From contig CAXHJY010001527.1 in assembly GCA_964016885.1 (NCBI GenBank), positions 9,549-73,548 on the forward strand: a stretch of 64,000 nt of DNA. The letters are read 5' to 3'. Below are positions 28,879 to 40,667 of this stretch, one piece after another (position 1 is the stretch's first letter; every line of letters starts with the position of its first letter). The notes beneath the pieces are model-generated. The model was not told where the DNA came from and did not search any database. It saw nothing but the letters and a program-made list of their open reading frames with translations. The position numbers were made by a program, and so were the translations under genes. This stretch comes from Eledone cirrhosa. Its lineage: Eukaryota.

Positions 28879-31800
28879 TTAGGTAAGGCGGGTCTTCTCT
28901 ATTACTGAGTACCGCCAAAGGTCTCGGTCCAGTGACATTGTCTTGGAGAGGTGTAAGCGTGTGAGGTCGGAATTTATCAGCTCGTCCCATGTTTTTCTGG
29001 GTCTGCCTACTCCGTGGCTACCCTCTATCTTTATTGCCCTGCACTTTGTTATACAGCTGTCGTCTTTCATGCGCATCACGTGACCGTACCAACGTAACCT
29101 TCTCTCGAGTAAACAACATCTGATCCCTCTTATTTCTAATTTTTTCCTTAGTTCGTTTATGCTTTGCCGTTCACGTATATTACTATTGCACATCCAGCGG
29201 AGCATGCAAGCTTCGTTCCTCTCTAGTCTGCGTATATCCTCTGCACACAATGCCCAGGTCTCACTGCCATGCAGCATTGCTGTTCGTATGCAGGCATCGT
29301 ATAACCTGCCTTTCATTTTTAGGGAGAACCCTCTAGCGGCTAATAGTGGTATAAGCTCTCTGAACTTTTTCCATCCAGTTCTGACTCTAGCTACTGTACT
29401 TTCAGAGCACCCTCCCCCACTGCTGATTTTGTCACCCAGATAACGGAAGCTGTCCACTATTTCTATAGAACCCTCTGCGCAGATGAAGGAGCTAGTATTT
29501 TGTGGGCACTTGCTGCTACTTATTGCACCAGAGCACCGGCCACATGTAAAATCTATGTTCTTAGTTAGCTTACCTGTGATCCCACTACATCTTTTATGCA
29601 CCCATACTTTGCATTTGGGACATAAAATGGAGTTTCTACCTACGCCTTTCCTACACACTGAGCATGGCCATTTCCCCGATGGGACCGCCGCCTTATTTTC
29701 TTTCCTACAAACTAGAACTTTAGTCTTAGCCAGGTTAATTTTAAGGCCTTTTGATTCTAGGCCGTGCTTCCACGTTTGGAATTTCTTCTCTAGTTCGGTC
29801 ATTGATTCAGCTATGAGCGTTAGATCATCTGCGTATAGGAGTTCCCATGGGCAGCCGGTCTTGAACTCCTCTGTTATAGCCTGAAGGGCAATAATAAATA
29901 GTAGGGGGCTAAGTACAGAGCCCTGATGGACACCAACTTTTACGCTAAACTCTTCACTATATTCGTTGTTAATTCTAACCTTACTGACTGTTTCTTTATA
30001 CATGGCTTGTATAGCTCTCACAAGCCATTCGTCAACACCTAGTTTTCTAAGAGACCACCAGATAATGGAACGGGGGACTCTGTCGAAGGCTTTCTCCAAG
30101 TCGACAAAAGCTAAGTATAGGGGTTTACTTTTAGCTAGGTACTTCTCCTGTAGTTGTCGTACAATGAAAAGAGCGTCTGTGGTACTTTTGCCTGACACAA
30201 ACCCGAACTGCATTTCATCTAGATCAATTCTCTCTCTGATTAGTTGCGCTATTACTTTTTCCGTGACCTTCATGACCTGGTCGATTAATTTAATGCCTCT
30301 ATAGTTACTCCTATCTAGGGCATCTCCTTTTCCCTTATAGCAGTTAACGATGATGCTGCTACGCCATTCCTTCGGAACAACCCCATTCTGTACGACTTGG
30401 TTAACTATCCGGGTGACCATGGTGTGTCCCACCGAACCAGATGCCTTCAGCATCTCAGCAACTATTTCCGAAGGCCCAGCCGCCTTACCCGTCTTCATAT
30501 CTTTGATTGCCTTACTTATTATACTACCTTCAACTAACACTGCTGGTCCCTCTATTGGATCGATCTGGGGGAGACTGTCTTTCTCCCATTTGTTCTCCTC
30601 ATTTAGAAGCCTTTCGTAGTGACACTTCCAAGCTACCTTCTTATCAGCGTCGGTGATGGCAAGTATGCCATCATCGTTAAGTACACACTTCTCCCCGACA
30701 ATATCACGGTTTTCCTTGACACATTGCCTGGCAATCCTGAACACCTCACGTTTTTGGTCCTCACGTTGTAGAACATGCTTGAACTTTCTTTCCTCTGCTT
30801 CCCTTCTAGCTTCCCTCTTGGCCACTTGATAGTCTTCTCTACTTCCCCCATCCCGCCATACTTTCCAAGCCTGCTTTTTGGCCTTAATTGACTCCTCCAC
30901 CTTACTGTTCCACCACCATGTTACTCTCCTCCTACCTACAGGCCTGCTCCAGCCACAGACTTCGTCTGCCGCCGTCAGCAGGTTTGCTCTCAGGAATTCC
31001 CACTGTTCCTCTATATTATACGACTCTAATTGCTCTTCCTTACTGTCGAAAGCGTCAAGTAATTTGCTTTGAAATTTATTTCTGGCTATGGGGTCCTTTA
31101 GCTTCCATATTTTTCTCCTGAGGATAGTCCTCTTTCGCTGTCTAGTACGTCTCGTCCTGACTATGAGGTCGCTAATTATCAGTCTATGTTGGGAGGTGAA
31201 TTCTTCATGGGGGTGGGATTTAGTGTTAACAACAGACACTCTGTCACGTCTTCTGGTAAGGATATAATCTACCTGGCTTGTGTGTTCCCCCGATCTATAG
31301 GTGATCAAGTGATTGTCTCGTTTTTTGAAGTTAGTGTTACAGATAGTTAAGTTATTTGCGTCGCAGAATTCCAGGATTCTGGAGCCTTCCTCATTTCTAG
31401 TACCGAACCCATAGCCTCCATGGATTCCGTCATAGCCGTCACAATGTTGTCCAACGTGACCATTTAGGTCGCCTGCAATAACTATATAGTCACTGTCGGT
31501 TATTTGGGAGGTAGCGAGCATCAGTGTCTCGTAGAATCTGTCTTTTATAGTGCGGGGCTGTCCGGATTGGGGTGCGTACGCAGATATTACTGTCACCGTA
31601 GTTTTATTGAGGACAAGTCTTATTTTAATTATTCTGTCGTTCACTCTATTTACGTCTATTATCTTATCTGCCCACTTTTCTGCTACCATGATTCCTACCC
31701 CACCCAACCCATTGTCATTTCCCACCCAGAAAAGCTTATAGCATCGCTCTTTACCCACGATGAATCTAGCCGACCCTCCCCTCCACCTGGTCTCTTGAAT

Positions 31801-32103
31801 ACAACAAACATCGACCTCCTTACGTTCAAGCATTTCTACAACCTCGTTAGAGCGACCCTTTAAGGTGCCTACATTCATGGTACCAACTCTGAAGTTTTGG
31901 ATTGCGTTTGGAGGGTGGGAGCGGTGGGGCGCGGGGGGGGATGGGGTTATGTTAGCCATCCTGGGCCGAAACAAGGAGGAGTGCTTGCATTCTCGTCCAC
32001 GAGGTGAATTTGGCTTTATCTTTGGCATTGTCGCTGAGCGTCCACATTTTTCTCTCTTCAACTCTCCAGAATTCCGTAGTCCATCCATCATATCGAAAAG
32101 CAA
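28879..32103 (-). CDS. RTE ORF: APE endonuclease + reverse transcriptase + PHD-like C4HC3 finger (true start probably a downstream ATG)
   Basis: TMNV, IQETRW, SAYAPQ, GDLNGH, QVDYI, SQHR; NYRGI, QFGF, DLEKAFD, QGSVLSP, YADD; CSVC..CPKC..HKRC..CGRC; no stops in 1074 codons. Confidence 0.96.
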   Translation of the reverse strand: MLFDMMDGLRNSGELKREKCGRSATMPKIKPNSPRGRECKHSSLFRPRMANITPSPPAPHRSHPPNAIQNFRVGTMNVGTLKGRSNEVVEMLERKEVDVCCIQETRWRGGSARFIVGKERCYKLFWVGNDNGLGGVGIMVAEKWADKIIDVNRVNDRIIKIRLVLNKTTVTVISAYAPQSGQPRTIKDRFYETLMLATSQITDSDYIVIAGDLNGHVGQHCDGYDGIHGGYGFGTRNEEGSRILEFCDANNLTICNTNFKKRDNHLITYRSGEHTSQVDYILTRRRDRVSVVNTKSHPHEEFTSQHRLIISDLIVRTRRTRQRKRTILRRKIWKLKDPIARNKFQSKLLDAFDSKEEQLESYNIEEQWEFLRANLLTAADEVCGWSRPVGRRRVTWWWNSKVEESIKAKKQAWKVWRDGGSREDYQVAKREARREAEERKFKHVLQREDQKREVFRIARQCVKENRDIVGEKCVLNDDGILAITDADKKVAWKCHYERLLNEENKWEKDSLPQIDPIEGPAVLVEGSIISKAIKDMKTGKAAGPSEIVAEMLKASGSVGHTMVTRIVNQVVQNGVVPKEWRSSIIVNCYKGKGDALDRSNYRGIKLIDQVMKVTEKVIAQLIRERIDLDEMQFGFVSGKSTTDALFIVRQLQEKYLAKSKPLYLAFVDLEKAFDRVPRSIIWWSLRKLGVDEWLVRAIQAMYKETVSKVRINNEYSEEFSVKVGVHQGSVLSPLLFIIALQAITEEFKTGCPWELLYADDLTLIAESMTELEKKFQTWKHGLESKGLKINLAKTKVLVCRKENKAAVPSGKWPCSVCRKGVGRNSILCPKCKVWVHKRCSGITGKLTKNIDFTCGRCSGAISSSKCPQNTSSFICAEGSIEIVDSFRYLGDKISSGGGCSESTVARVRTGWKKFRELIPLLAARGFSLKMKGRLYDACIRTAMLHGSETWALCAEDIRRLERNEACMLRWMCNSNIRERQSINELRKKLEIRGIRCCLLERRLRWYGHVMRMKDDSCITKCRAIKIEGSHGVGRPRKTWDELINSDLTRLHLSKTMSLDRDLWRYSVIEKTRLT

Positions 32104-32230
32104 CCAGTTAAGCGATAGTATGGGCCTCTGACTTATGATTGGTCCACGTAATAATGGTGGTGCGTGGGGGCGGGAGGGAGTGATGATGGGTTGTTAGCGA
32201 GAATGTAAGGTTTAAGATAAGATCGCCGTA

Positions 32231-33250
32231 TTTTGGGCATGATTTAACAATAAACGAAAATACAAGATTTGTTTTGTTTAAGAAATTACGATAGAGAAAA
32301 TGCGGTGATAGGGAAAATATGATTTTTAGAGAAAAGATATGATATATAATGGTGAAAATATGATATAGTGTGAAATTAGGACATAGAAGTGATTGAATGA
32401 ATGGGTTCGAATGGAGAGAAGAATCGAGAAAAAATTGGGCATAATTTAACAATAAACGAAAATACAAGTTTTGTTTTGTTTAAGAAATTACGATAGAGAA
32501 AATGCGGTGATAGGGAAAATATGATTTTTAGAGAAAAGATATGATATATAATGGTGAAAATATGATATAGTGTGAAATTAGGACATAGAAGTGATTGAAT
32601 GAATGGGTTCGAATGGAGAGAAGAATCGAGAAAAAATTTTGGGCATAATTTAACAATAAACGAAAATACAAGATTTGTTTTGTTTAAGAAAATACGGTAG
32701 AGAAAATGCGGTGATAGGGGAAATATGATTTTTAGAGAAAAGATATGATATATAATGGTGAAAATATGATATAGTGTGAAATTAGGACATAGAAGTGATT
32801 GAATGAATGGGTTCGAATGGAGAGAAGAATCGAGAAAAAATTTTGGGCATAATTTAACAATAAACGAAAATACAAGATTTGTTTTGTTTAAGAAAATACG
32901 GTAGAGAAAATGCGGTGATAGGGGTAATATGATTTTTAGAGAAAAGATATGATATATAATGGTGAAAATATGATATAGTGTGAAATTAGGACATAGAAGT
33001 GATTGAATGAATGGGTTCGAATGGAGAGAAGAATCGAGAAAAAATTTTGGGCATAATTTAACAATAAACGAAAATACAAGATTTGTTTTGTTTAAGAAAA
33101 TACGGTAGAGAAAATGCGGTGATAGGGGAAATATGATTTTTAGAGAAAAGATATGATATATAATGGTGAAAATATGATATAGTGTGAAATTAGGACATAG
33201 AAGTGATTGAATGAATGGGTTCGAATGGAGAGAAGAATCGAGAAAAATTT
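32231..33250 (-). repeat. 204-bp tandem monomers, block 1 (5 units)
   Basis: gggcataatttaac anchors at 32437, 32641, 32845, 33049. Confidence 0.95.
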
Positions 33251-33545
33251 GAACGTTACTTTATACCGAAGGGACCGAAGGGAACAGCCATCCCAGAAAT
33301 AGCGAGTTGGCGATTTTGATTAATTTTGGTAGGGTTTTATCTTATATGTATAGAGAGGGAGGGGGTGGGGGGCAGGAACCAGCATGATGAATGGGTAGGG
33401 GGTGGAATATGGGATGGAGCAGAGGTTAAAAGTTTAAATAGGTACTCGAAGATTTGCGTAAAACTTAGCAAGTTTAACAAATTATATTTAAAGGAATATA
33501 TAATAGTGATAGCGAGAATGTAAGGTTTAAGATAAGATCGCCGTA

Positions 33546-34670
33546 TTTTGGGCATGATTTAACAATAAACGAAAATACAAGATTTGTTTTGTTTAAGAAA
33601 TTACGATAGAGAAAATGCGGTGATAGGGAAAATATGATTTTTAGAGAAAAGATATGATATATAATGGTGAAAATATGATATAGTGTGAAATTAGGACATA
33701 GAAGTGATGGAGAGAAGAATCGAGAAAAAATTTTGGGCATAATTTAACAATAAACGAAAATACAAGTTTTGTTTTGTTTAAGAAATTACGATAGAGAAAA
33801 TGCGGTGATAGGGAAAATATGATTTTTAGAGAAAAGATATGATATATAATGGTGAAAATATGATATAGTGTGAAATTAGGACATAGAAGTGATTGAACGA
33901 ATGGGTTCGAATGGAGAGAAGAATCGAGAAAAAATTTTGGGCATAATTTAACAATAAACGAAAATACAAGATTTGTTTTGTTTAAGAAAATACGGTAGAG
34001 AAAATGCGGTGATAGGGGAAATATGATTTTTAGAGAAAAGATATGATATATAATGGTGAAAATATGATATAGTGTGAAATTAGGACATAGAAGTGATTGA
34101 ATGAATGGGTTCGAATGGAGAGAAGAATCGAGAAAAAATTTTGGGCATAATTTAACAATAAACGAAAATACAAGATTTGTTTTGTTTAAGAAAATACGGT
34201 AGAGAAAATGCGGTGATAGGGGAAATATGATTTTTAGAGAAAAGATATGATATATAATGGTGAAAATATGATATAGTGTGAAATTAGGACATAGAAGTGA
34301 TTGAATGAATGGGTTCGAATGGAGAGAAGAATCGAGAAAAAATTTTGGGCATAATTTAACAATAAACGAAAATACAAGATTTGTTTTGTTTAAGAAAATA
34401 CGGTAGAGAAAATGCGGTGATAGGGGAAATATGATTTTTAGAGAAAAGATATGATATATAATGGTGAAAATATGATATAGTGTGAAATTAGGACATAGAA
34501 GTGATTGAATGAATGGGTTCGAATGGAGAGAAGAATCGAGAAAAAAAAAATTGGGCATAATTTAACAATAAACGAAAATACAAGTTTTGTTTTGTATAAA
34601 CGAAAATACAAGATTTGTTTTGTTTAAGAAAATACGGTAGAGAAAATGCGGTGATAGGGGAAATATGATT
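33546..34670 (-). repeat. 204-bp tandem monomers, block 2 (5 units plus a partial)
   Basis: Anchors at 33735, 33939, 34143, 34347, 34553. Confidence 0.95.
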
Positions 34671-34809
34671 TATATATATATATACATTAAGACAATGTCA
34701 CTGGACCGAGATCTTTGGTGCTACTCAGTAATACAGTTTATCTTGGAGTAATAAAATTGAAAAAGTGGAGAATAACATGGTCAACAGTACAAAAAAGGGG
34801 ATTTATTTA

Positions 34810-34919
34810 CAGTCTAACAATTGTTTCACTGATAGAGTTGTCTAAACATTGATGAACACTAACAGCAGTGCCACTCAATTTTAAACACGATGTTAGCTCT
34901 ATCAGATCTTCGGAAACTG
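34810..34919 (-). ncRNA. Type-I hammerhead-like motif, CCGAAGA core variant
   Basis: cagttt-CCGAAGA-t-ctgatagag...ctctatcag-t-GAAAC-aatt-GTT-agactg; stems I, II and III pair. Confidence 0.6.
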
Positions 34920-35127
34920 TTAAAAATTTATGTATATGTAACGGGCAAATTTACAAATTCAAATTATATCATCAATAATTATATTAATAATAAATATATA
35001 GAGAGAAAAGGAGGAAGAAAGGGAGATAGATACAGTAAAGAAAGAAAGGAAAGGAAGGAGAAAGAAGAAGGAAAAAGAAAAAGGAGAAATTATTATAGAT
35101 AGAAATATAAAGAGAAGATATATAGAA

Positions 35128-35900
35128 GACTAGCAGTGGTACCCGGCGTTGCACGGGATAAGGTATTTTTGAATGCGGGCCACCAACAAACCTAATCGTG
35201 GAAAAACTGCATGCCCGGACAATATGTAAAGAAAATAAACCGAATACTCTGATGGCTGGATAATCTTTAAGATGTTCCTTGATGAAGCAGGAAACTTGCA
35301 GGTTTTCATCTAATGCGGGCCCTGGGGGATCAAGAAAATGAATATTTTTATGTGCATAATATGACTTGAAATTTCAGGAAAATCAGCTAGACATAACGCC
35401 TCCAAAAAGCCCTAAGAAGCTGAAAAAATGAAGTTTTTCACCTAATGCGGGCCCTAGGAGATAAAAAAAAAAGTCGAATTTTTTAATGTGCATAACACTC
35501 CCTGAAACATAAGTAATACACATGTAAAGTTTGAAAAAAATCAGTTGGGAACTTCTTGATTTTTATGGATTCAAACTCACAGACACACATACACAGACAT
35601 CCTCAGGGAAGTGACGTAATGCAGACAGCCAGACATACAGACAGATATTATAAGGGCGCGACGTTATATGTATGTATCTATTTAAAAAGAGAAAGACTAG
35701 AAATTATAGAGAGAGATCGCTAAATCGCATAATGCGGTCCCTAGGACATTGAAAATTTGAAATTGTTTTTGCTCAGAACACTCCCTGAAACATAAGTATT
35801 ACATGTATAAAGTTTGAAAACAGTCGGTTTGGTGGTTCTCGAGTTTTAGGGATTCGAACTCACACACACAGACATACTCAGTTTTATATATATATAGATG
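35128..35900 (+). mobile_element. Nested Helentron/HINE-like fragments inside the PLE 3' region
   Basis: actagcag...cccggcgttgcacggg subterminal hairpin; repeated taatgcgggccct; cagaca/(TA)n ends. Confidence 0.55.
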
Positions 35901-36349
35901 ATGGTAGATAGAAGAGAGACAAACATAAGTAAAAATACCATAGGATAGAAAGAAGAATAGAGGGACAAATAAATGAATAAACGTTAATATATGAATAAAT
36001 GTAAATAAAAAAAAAAATAGATATATAAAAAAATATATTTTTAAAAATAAATACATAAATAAATTATATCTAATGTGATATAAAATGGTATAAACAAATT
36101 AATTAGTTTTAAGTTATATTATATGATCAAATAAAATGACAGAGATGAAATAAATTTAGGGAGAGAAATATAAAGATAGAGAGTGAAAAATAAAGATATA
36201 TAATATAAGAATGTAAATATAAGAGTTTTTGATGTTGTTCTTTGATAGATGATGACAATTATAATTATAATGATGATTATGTTAATAATGTGATATCATA
36301 ATAGATCCAAGTGGTACAATGTGGGTTATGGAATAGAAAAGATGGAATT

Positions 36350-38400
36350 AAGCTGGTCTAAAATTCTCAAATTTAGTTGCTGTTTTGTGTCGACAAAAAA
36401 TAGTGTTTTCAATTTTACTGCTAAGAAGAATTTTTATGCAATTTAAAATTTGGAAAAGTTCCATATTACAGAGACCAAGTGGGACATACCAATTTGATAA
36501 GCCTTTGCGTTTGATAGCTTTGTCCAGCTGATTTTATATTCCATGTTTGCATCTTTGAGTTGCCAGATTTTATTGGTGAGAGTTGTTGTATTTGAGATAT
36601 TCCTGTTAGTCATAGAGTGTCTATGTACGTACCACCTTTTCTAAAACTCCCCAGCTGTGGAACCAATGTAATGCCATGCTAAGCTACCTGAATTTATAGT
36701 ACATAGGTATACTATATTTGTCTCTAGGCATCTATTTTGTAAAGGGCATTTGTCAGGTAGATGGCAGTTACATTTAGATGCTTTTCTATGTGCCGGTTCT
36801 TCTATATGGTTTTGTAGGTTGCTATGTATGGGCTGAGAATTAGGTTTGTTGATGTATTGTGGTGATGTGCTCTAACGTGTGTTTGGTTGTGATGATGTTA
36901 TATGCTTATGTTTTGTATTAGGTGTTATGGTACTTATTTGCGGGCCACTTGTATTATAAATTCTTTTATAGTTAATTTTATGTATGTGCGATAAAATGTT
37001 GTTGGCAGTGGAGTATGATAGTTTGATAGTTTTTCTATTAAAGATTTTATGATATTTATGAATTTTAGGGAAATGTTTGTCAAATAATTTGAACAAAGTG
37101 TAAGGTAGCTTAGTTTTTATAGAGGAGTTAAACATTGGATTGAACCATAAGTAGTTTCTATTTCTGCATCTTCTATAGTTATTAGTGCTCTCTGTATTAG
37201 TATTCTGTTCTTTTAATTTACGTGCTTGTTGCCATTTTTTATGCTTAGTCCTAGGTTTGTTGTTTCTATAGGTGTGGATGGTGCTATTAATATTAAGTGT
37301 GTTGTTATTTTTTGTATCTGGTATGTATTTGAGTATCTCTTTATGGCCTACCTTAAGTAAAACTATGTTGTAGTAGTTAGCGTGTTCATTAAACATTTCT
37401 ATGTTAGAAGATAGGTGCGAGATTCTAAGGAATATACTATGTGCTATGGAGTTAATTATGGATTGAGGGTGATTATAGTTATAATCAATGTAAGCTAAAT
37501 TTTCATTATTTTTATGGAAGGGTTCTATTAGTCCTGAGTTAAGGTTGAGCAATACATCTAAGAAGTTAGCTTTTTTAGAGTTGGGTTCAAAAGTGATGTT
37601 AAGGCCTAAATTATTAAAGAATTTTCTAATCATTTTCCTTAATCTTTCTAAGTTTTGATTATTTAAGTTTTTAGCTTAAAAGTAGTGTATCGTCTCTATA
37701 GATTCCTCCTTGTAGGTTATCAAATTCCCTATGTAAGAAATGTGCTATATAAATTCCAACAATGTCTGTAATTTGGGCTGAATCATTTGATCCCATAGTT
37801 ATATGAAAGTGATTCTGTCTATTTTTTCGCTCCCAATAACTATTGTCGAATTTAATGATTGTTCTTCTAGCAGCTAGTATTATTTTAATTTCATCTGGTG
37901 AATGGTCAGAGTTTTTTTGTGCAAAGGATAGTACCTTATTTAGGGTAACTGGGGAAATAGAAGAGTAGTAGTCATTTAAGTCAAATTGTATAAAGTCGTG
38001 AGATTCACTATTGTCTAATTCATTAAACCAATCTACTGCTTCATTTGTGTTACCCCAGAGCTTGATTATTAGTTGTTCTTTAATTTGTGGTATTATTCTA
38101 TCTAGTATAAACTTGCTAATTCTGTCTATATCTGATTTTGATGGACATATTAATCTAATAGTAGGGTTAGTTTCGAAGTTACATTTATGATCCTTCAGAT
38201 TAAAAGTGGGTTTACAAGAGGTTAGAGGTTCTGTTCTATCGGATATTTTAAGTTTTTTTACTATGTTAAGACCTTCTTTGTTAATGCTTTTGAGTGTAGC
38301 CGCTGTAGTTTTCTTGTATTTTTTATGTAATTCCTGGCATATAAAATTGTTGTATGTATTAAGGCTCATGGTGTATACATTTGATGTTTTGTCTACCTTT
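36350..38400 (-). pseudogene. PLE RT + GIY-YIG endonuclease pseudogene (Nematis-like linker, inferred)
   Basis: FIQFDLNDYYSSI, MGSNDSAQ, YRDD, WFNPMF, CNC..CPL..C, YIGST; frameshift at ~37670 and stops. Confidence 0.88.
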
Positions 38401-38568
38401 ACTATAATATATACGTCTTCTTTCTCCTTCCTTTCCTTTCTTTCTTTACTGTATCTGTCTCCCTTTCTTCCTCCTTTTCTCTCTATATCTTTATTATTAA
38501 TATTATTATTGATGATGTAATTTGAATTTGTAAATTTGCCGGTTACATATATATATATATTTTTTTAA

Positions 38569-38678
38569 CAGTTTCCGAAGATCTGATAGAGCTAACATTG
38601 GATTTAAAATTGAGTGGCACTGCTTTTAGAGTTCAGCAATATTTAGACAACTTTATCAGCGAAACAATTGTTAGACTG
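38569..38678 (+). ncRNA. Type-I hammerhead-like motif, CCGAAGA core variant (inverted copy)
   Basis: cagttt-CCGAAGA-t-ctgatagag...ctttatcag-c-GAAAC-aatt-GTT-agactg. Confidence 0.6.
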
Positions 38679-38954
38679 CAAATAAATCCCCTTTTTTGTA
38701 CTGTTGACCATGTTTTTCTCCACTTTTTCAATTTTAAATATAATATATATATATAACCGGACGGTTGTTCATATATTGTCAAAGTTCTTTCGTCACACAT
38801 TCTGTGACACAAAACACACAAAAACAAGATGGCATAGGACAGAACAAAGGAGAGGCACAAAACAAAGAAAAGTATCCTCAGTCACTGAAGAGGTCACAGT
38901 ATATATATATTAATTCAAAATATTAACAAAAATAGACCTTCGTGTGATCAAGTA

Positions 38955-39022
38955 TATTTTATTATACATATTTCAGAGGTACTGAGCTAACTTCAACAGT
39001 ATGTCCTCATCAGATAAAATAA
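38955..39022 (-). ncRNA. Type-I minimal hammerhead ribozyme motif
   Basis: tattttat-CTGATGA-[ggacatactg...cagtacctct]-GAAAT-atgt-ATA-ataaaata. Confidence 0.7.
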
Positions 39023-40414
39023 GATTCGGTCATGGTAGTGAATAAGATATGACAAAACTCAATATTTATATACCTTAAGATTGAGACATGAAAAAACTTA
39101 CATATAATACAGAGGGTGCGTTTGAGAAAGCTTAAAAATAGATAATAGCAATTTACATAACTGTTAGAGATTCAAATAATTTAAATTATTGAAGAAAGAC
39201 AGAGAGAAATAGATGAGGGGAGAATATAGTTACTAGAAGTATAGAAAGCAAAAGAGAATTGATGAAGGATAGAGAGACAAGGAGGAATAATTTTTATAGT
39301 ATAAAGCATAGGGAGGTTTGTATTGTCTTGGATGAATAGGGTGTGATTAGATAATGCAAACATTTTATATATCTATACAAACACATGATTATACATTTGG
39401 GCATAGCTTTGTGAAAGAGTAAACTTTAATCTTTGAATTATTGAATTATCTAGAAGTATCTATCAATCTAAATATTAAATATATCTGGGTGTAATTATAT
39501 GAGGGTTTAACTTCGAGTCCTTAGTTAATTAGAAATATACTAACAATTAATTATATAGACTATATATATCCAAAGGTATCCGGCTGACCGTTAAATTTCA
39601 AATCATTTAAGTTAGTTCAGAATGATGAATTAATCAAAATGTATAATATTTCAGGCTATAAAAGTTTATAAATATCTATATTAATATTAAAGTATACTAT
39701 ATTAAAGTATACTATTTTATTTATAAAATCCTATTTAAAGTATTTGCAAACATGAGAAAGAAGACTTAATATTTTCATCCTCACGAAGGTAATCCATATT
39801 AAATTATATTATTTTATATTATATTAAAAATAATTCACATTATATAATTTAGAAAATAATTACAGTTATAACTTTAAAAATTCATATAATTACACCCAGA
39901 TATATTTAATATTTAGATTGATGGATACTTCTAGATAATTCAATAATTCAAAGATTCGAATTTACTCTTTCGCAAAGCTATCTATGCCCAAATGTATAAT
40001 CATGTGTTTGTATAGAGATATAACATTTTTGCATTATCTAATCACACCCTATTCATCCAAGACAATACAAACCTCCCTCCCTATGCTTTATACTATAAAA
40101 ATTATTCCTCCTTGTCTCTCTATCCTTGATCAATTCTCTTTTGCTTTCTATACTTCTAGTAACTATATTCTCCCCTCATCTATTTCTCTCTGTCTTTCTT
40201 CTTTCTTCAATAATTTAAATTATTTGAATCTCTAACAATTATGTAAATTGCTATTATCTATTTTTAAGCTTTCTCACACGCACCCTCTGTATTATATGTA
40301 AGTTTTTTCATGTCTCAATCTTAAGGTATATAAATATTGAGTTTTATCATATCTTATTCACTACCATGACTGAATCTTAACCATCTACTATGTCAGGGTA
40401 TGCCATGCATCATC

Positions 40415-40482
40415 TTATTTTAGCTGATGAGGACATACTGTTGAAGTTAGCTCAGTACCTCTGAAATATGTATAATAAAATA
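40415..40482 (+). ncRNA. Type-I minimal hammerhead ribozyme motif
   Basis: Mirror of 38955-39022 with one stem-I mismatch next to the core. Confidence 0.62.
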
Positions 40483-40667
40483 TACTTAATCACATGAAGG
40501 TCTATTTTTGTTAATATTTTGAATTAATATTAATAACTCCGGAAAACCCTAACTGTTGAGTGCTTCCAATCTATTGTAAAACTCATTCTTTGATTTATTC
40601 ATTGAACCTTGTTTAACCTTTAAATATATATATATACATACAATAATATATATATATATACAATAAT

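Larger units (their letters stand above)
28371..34670 (-). mobile_element. Full-length RTE-clade LINE (~6.3 kb) including a tandem-monomer 5' region
   Basis: (TGA)n tail at 28371; intact ORF; bounded by (TA)n on both sides; the left arm (7850-7890) is the empty site. Confidence 0.9.
34750..38736 (-). mobile_element. Decayed 5'-truncated Penelope-like element with inverted pseudo-LTRs (34750-35075 and 38415-38736)
   Basis: Inverted ~320-bp flanks carrying a hammerhead-like motif enclose a PLE RT/GIY-YIG pseudo-ORF. Confidence 0.85.
38906..40530. mobile_element. ORF-less inverted repeat (arms 38906-39502 and 39882-40530) with one hammerhead per arm; probable PLE pseudo-LTR remnant
   Basis: ~600-bp reverse-complement arms, ~380-bp AT-rich spacer. 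Confidence 0.8.

Noticed and set aside
29159-32131. Plus-strand ORFs overlapping the RTE
   Set aside because: Antisense shadows of the RT/APE ORF
32400-32415. GGTTCGAATG in each 204-bp monomer as a Pol III B box
   Set aside because: Imperfect, antisense to the element, no convincing A box
33641-34558. 305-aa hydrophobic ORF of 68-aa repeats, a possible RTE ORF1
   Set aside because: By-product of a stop-free frame in the 204-bp unit; the frame is broken by A-run indels in other units
38870-38900. cactgaagaggtcacag hammerhead-like start
   Set aside because: Truncated by (TA)n; no GAAA or stem III
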